In this document: positions 61,355 through 64,000 of the stretch, piece after piece
Layout: every line of letters starts with the position of its first letter
Numbering within the stretch: the first letter of the stretch is position 1
Assembly (NCBI GenBank): GCA_047495785.1
Contig: JBLDXI010000031.1
Span: 310,001-374,000 of the forward strand
DNA from: Lepidodermella squamata
Lineage: Eukaryota > Animalia > Gastrotricha
Direction of reading: 5' to 3'
DNA: 64,000 nucleotides
Made by a program: the position numbers and the translations under genes
The notes under the pieces: generated by a model
What the model was told of the DNA's origin: nothing
Database searches by the model: none
The model's input: only the letters and a program-made list of their open reading frames with translations

Positions 61355-63867
61355 AATATCTGGGGACAACACAATGGGGACCGAGCATTCTGGGGACAAA
61401 ACTCTGGGGACAACACATTGGGGACCGAGCATTCTTGGGACAAACGGTGGAATCAGTGACCCATCAAACATGTGACAATTATCTGGGGACAACACAGTGG
61501 GGACCGAGCATTCTGGGAACAAGTTTTCTGTCACCAAAGTCTCGTCCCCAGATTCTCGTCCCCAGATTTTTGTCCCCGGTTTGTTGACCCCAGATTGTTC
61601 GGTCCTAAATCCCCAGGTGAAATTTGAAAGCTGTTTGGGCTGTTTTAATGGCCACCTCGGCCTAGCTGTGATCGAATCTCCACGATGACGGTTGATAGAT
61701 CGTTATTCGCTCATGCCGTTATTTCTGGGTCTACTGATTTCCGACTGGGAACCGAGAAAACCGGTGACAAATATCTGGGGACAACACATTGGGGCCCGAG
61801 CATTCTGGGGACAAAACTCTGGGGACAACACATTGGGGACCGAGCATTCTTGGGACAAACGGTGGAATCAGTGACCCATCAAACATGTGACAATTATCTG
61901 GGGACAACACAGTGGGGACCGAGAAAACGGGTGACAAAAATCTGGGGACAACACAATGGGGACCGAGCATTCTGGGAACAAGTTTTCTGTCACCAAAGTC
62001 TCGTCCCCAGATTTTTGTCCCCAGTTTTTTGTCCCCATATTGTTGTCCCCAGAGTGTTCGGTCCTCATTCCCGAGGTGTTCGTCCGCAGAATGTTGAATT
62101 AGCAGTTTTCTGTCACCAAAGTCTCGTCCCCAGTTTGGTGTCCCCAGATTGTTCGCTCCACATTCCCCAGGTGTTCGTCCGCAGAATGTTGTATGAGCAG
62201 TTTTCTGTCACCAAAGTCTCGTCCCCAGATTCTCGTCCCCAGATTTTTGTCCGCGGTTTGTTGACCCCAGATTGTTCGGTGTTAAATCCCCAGGTGAAAT
62301 TTGAAAGCTGTTTGGGCTGTTTTAATGGCCACCTCGGCCTAGCTGTGATCGAATCTCCACGATGACGGTTGATAGATCGTTATTCGCTCATGCCGTTATT
62401 TCTGGGTCTACTGATTTCCGACTGGGAACCGAGAAAACCGGTGACAAATATCTGGGGACAACACAATGGGGACCGAGCATTCTGGGGACAAACTGTGGAA
62501 TTAGTGACCCACCAAACAGGTGACATAATCTGGGGACAACACAGTGGAGACCGAGAAAACGGGTGACAAAAATCTGGGGACAACACATTGGGGCCCGAGC
62601 ATTCTGGGGACAAAACTCTGGGGACAACGCATTGGGGCCCGAGCATTCTTGGGACAAACGGTGGAATCAGTGACCCATCAAACATGTGACAATTATCTGG
62701 GGACAACACAGTGGGGACCGAGCATTCTGGGGACAAACTGTGGAATTAGTGACCCACCAAACAGGTGACATAATCTGGGGACAACACATTGGGGCCCGAG
62801 CATTCTGGGGACAAAACTCTGGGGACAACACATTGGGGACCGAGCATTCTTGGGACAAACGGTGGAATCAGTGACCCATCAAACATGTGACAATTATCTG
62901 AGGACAACACAGTGGGGACCGAGAAAACGGGTGACAAAAATCTGGGGACAACACAATGGGGACCGAGCATTCTGGGAACAAGTTTTCTGTCACCAAAGTC
63001 TCGTCCCCAGATTTTTGTCCCCAGTTTTTTGTCCCCATATTGTTGTCCACAGAGTGTTCGGTCCTCATTCCCGAGGTGTTCGTCCGCAGAATGTTGAATT
63101 AGCAGTTTTCTGTCACCAAAGTCTCGTCCCCAGATTTTTGTCCCCAGTTTTTTGTCCCCATATTGTTGTCCCCAGAGTGTTCGGTCCTCATTCCCGAGGT
63201 GTTCGTCCGCAGAATGTTGAATTAGCAGTTTTCTGTCACCAAAGTCTCGTCCCCAGATTCTCGTCCCCAGATTTTTGTCCGCGGTTTGTTGACCCCAGAT
63301 TGTTCGGTGTTAAATCCCCAGGTGAAATTTGAAAGCTGTTTGGGCTGTTTTAATGGCCACCTCGGCCTAGCTGTGATCGAATCTCCACGATGACGGTTGA
63401 TAGATCGTTATTCGCTCATGCCGTTATTTCTGGGTCTACTGATTTCCGACTGGGAACCGAGAAAACCGGTGACAAATATCTGGGGACAACACAATGGGGA
63501 CCGAGCATTCTGGGGACAAACTGTGGAATTAGTGACCCGCCAAACAGGTGACAATTATCTGGGGACAACACAGTGGGGACCGAGAAAACCGGTGACAAAT
63601 ATCTGGGAACAACACAATGGGGCCCGAGCATTCTGGGGACAAACTGTGGAATTAGTGACCCACCAAACAGGTGACATAATCTGGGGACAACACAGTGGAG
63701 ACCGAGAAAACGGGTTACAAAAATCTGGGAACAACACAATGGGGCCCGAGCATTCTGGGGACAAAAATCTGGGGACAACACATTGGGGACCGAGCATTCT
63801 TGGGACAAACGGTGGAATCAGTGACCCATCAAACAGGTGACAATTATCTGGGACAACACAATGGGGA
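61355..63867. repeat. Satellite block within the duplication
   Basis: Copy of 53199-55711. Confidence 0.93.
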
Positions 63868-64000
63868 CCCAGTCGGAAAAAAGTAGACCTAGCTAGACCT
63901 ACTCGACCTAATTTAGATAGGCCCCTATAGATCGTAGCGTGATCAAATTTTGCAACTGGGGTAGATCTAGCCACGGTCACTATAGGGAGCAAGTAGATCT

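Larger units (their letters stand above)
57389..64000 (+). repeat. Near-identical duplication of 49233-55844 (offset 8156 bp), running off the window end
   Basis: All ORFs repeat at +8156 (51186/59342, 52472/60628, 55241/63397). The breakpoint is in a TA-rich stretch. Confidence 0.95.

Overview
Repeat-rich eukaryotic DNA, probably from an invertebrate animal (short GT-AG introns of about 55 nt, MITEs, LINE and Gypsy relics). 1-8.3 kb holds nested piggyBac-like and P-like MITEs, a 4-exon gene for a secreted Cys/Thr/Ala-rich protein, a chromodomain Gypsy relic and LINE fragments. 8.3-25.1 kb is a complex foldback-structured satellite (basic unit 681 bp, 23 cores). The main observation is a ~28.1-kb segment (25060-53204) inserted precisely into one satellite unit, with a 6-bp AATATC core at both junctions and an 18-bp direct repeat just inside each end. 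It encodes (i) a predicted GEX1/KAR5/Brambleberry-like membrane protein, (ii) a zinc-finger plus tyrosine-recombinase protein whose catalytic Arg codon is split by a 23,162-bp intron, and (iii) a small Thr-rich single-pass membrane protein. I read this as a candidate satellite-targeting, cargo-carrying tyrosine-recombinase (Crypton-like) mobile element. The intron contains a young full-length Ty3/Gypsy element with five extra 3' ORFs, several MITEs and decayed duplicated exon-like blocks. The right part of the element plus satellite is repeated at an 8,156-bp offset to the window end. Protein family calls come from motif recognition by eye, not database searches.
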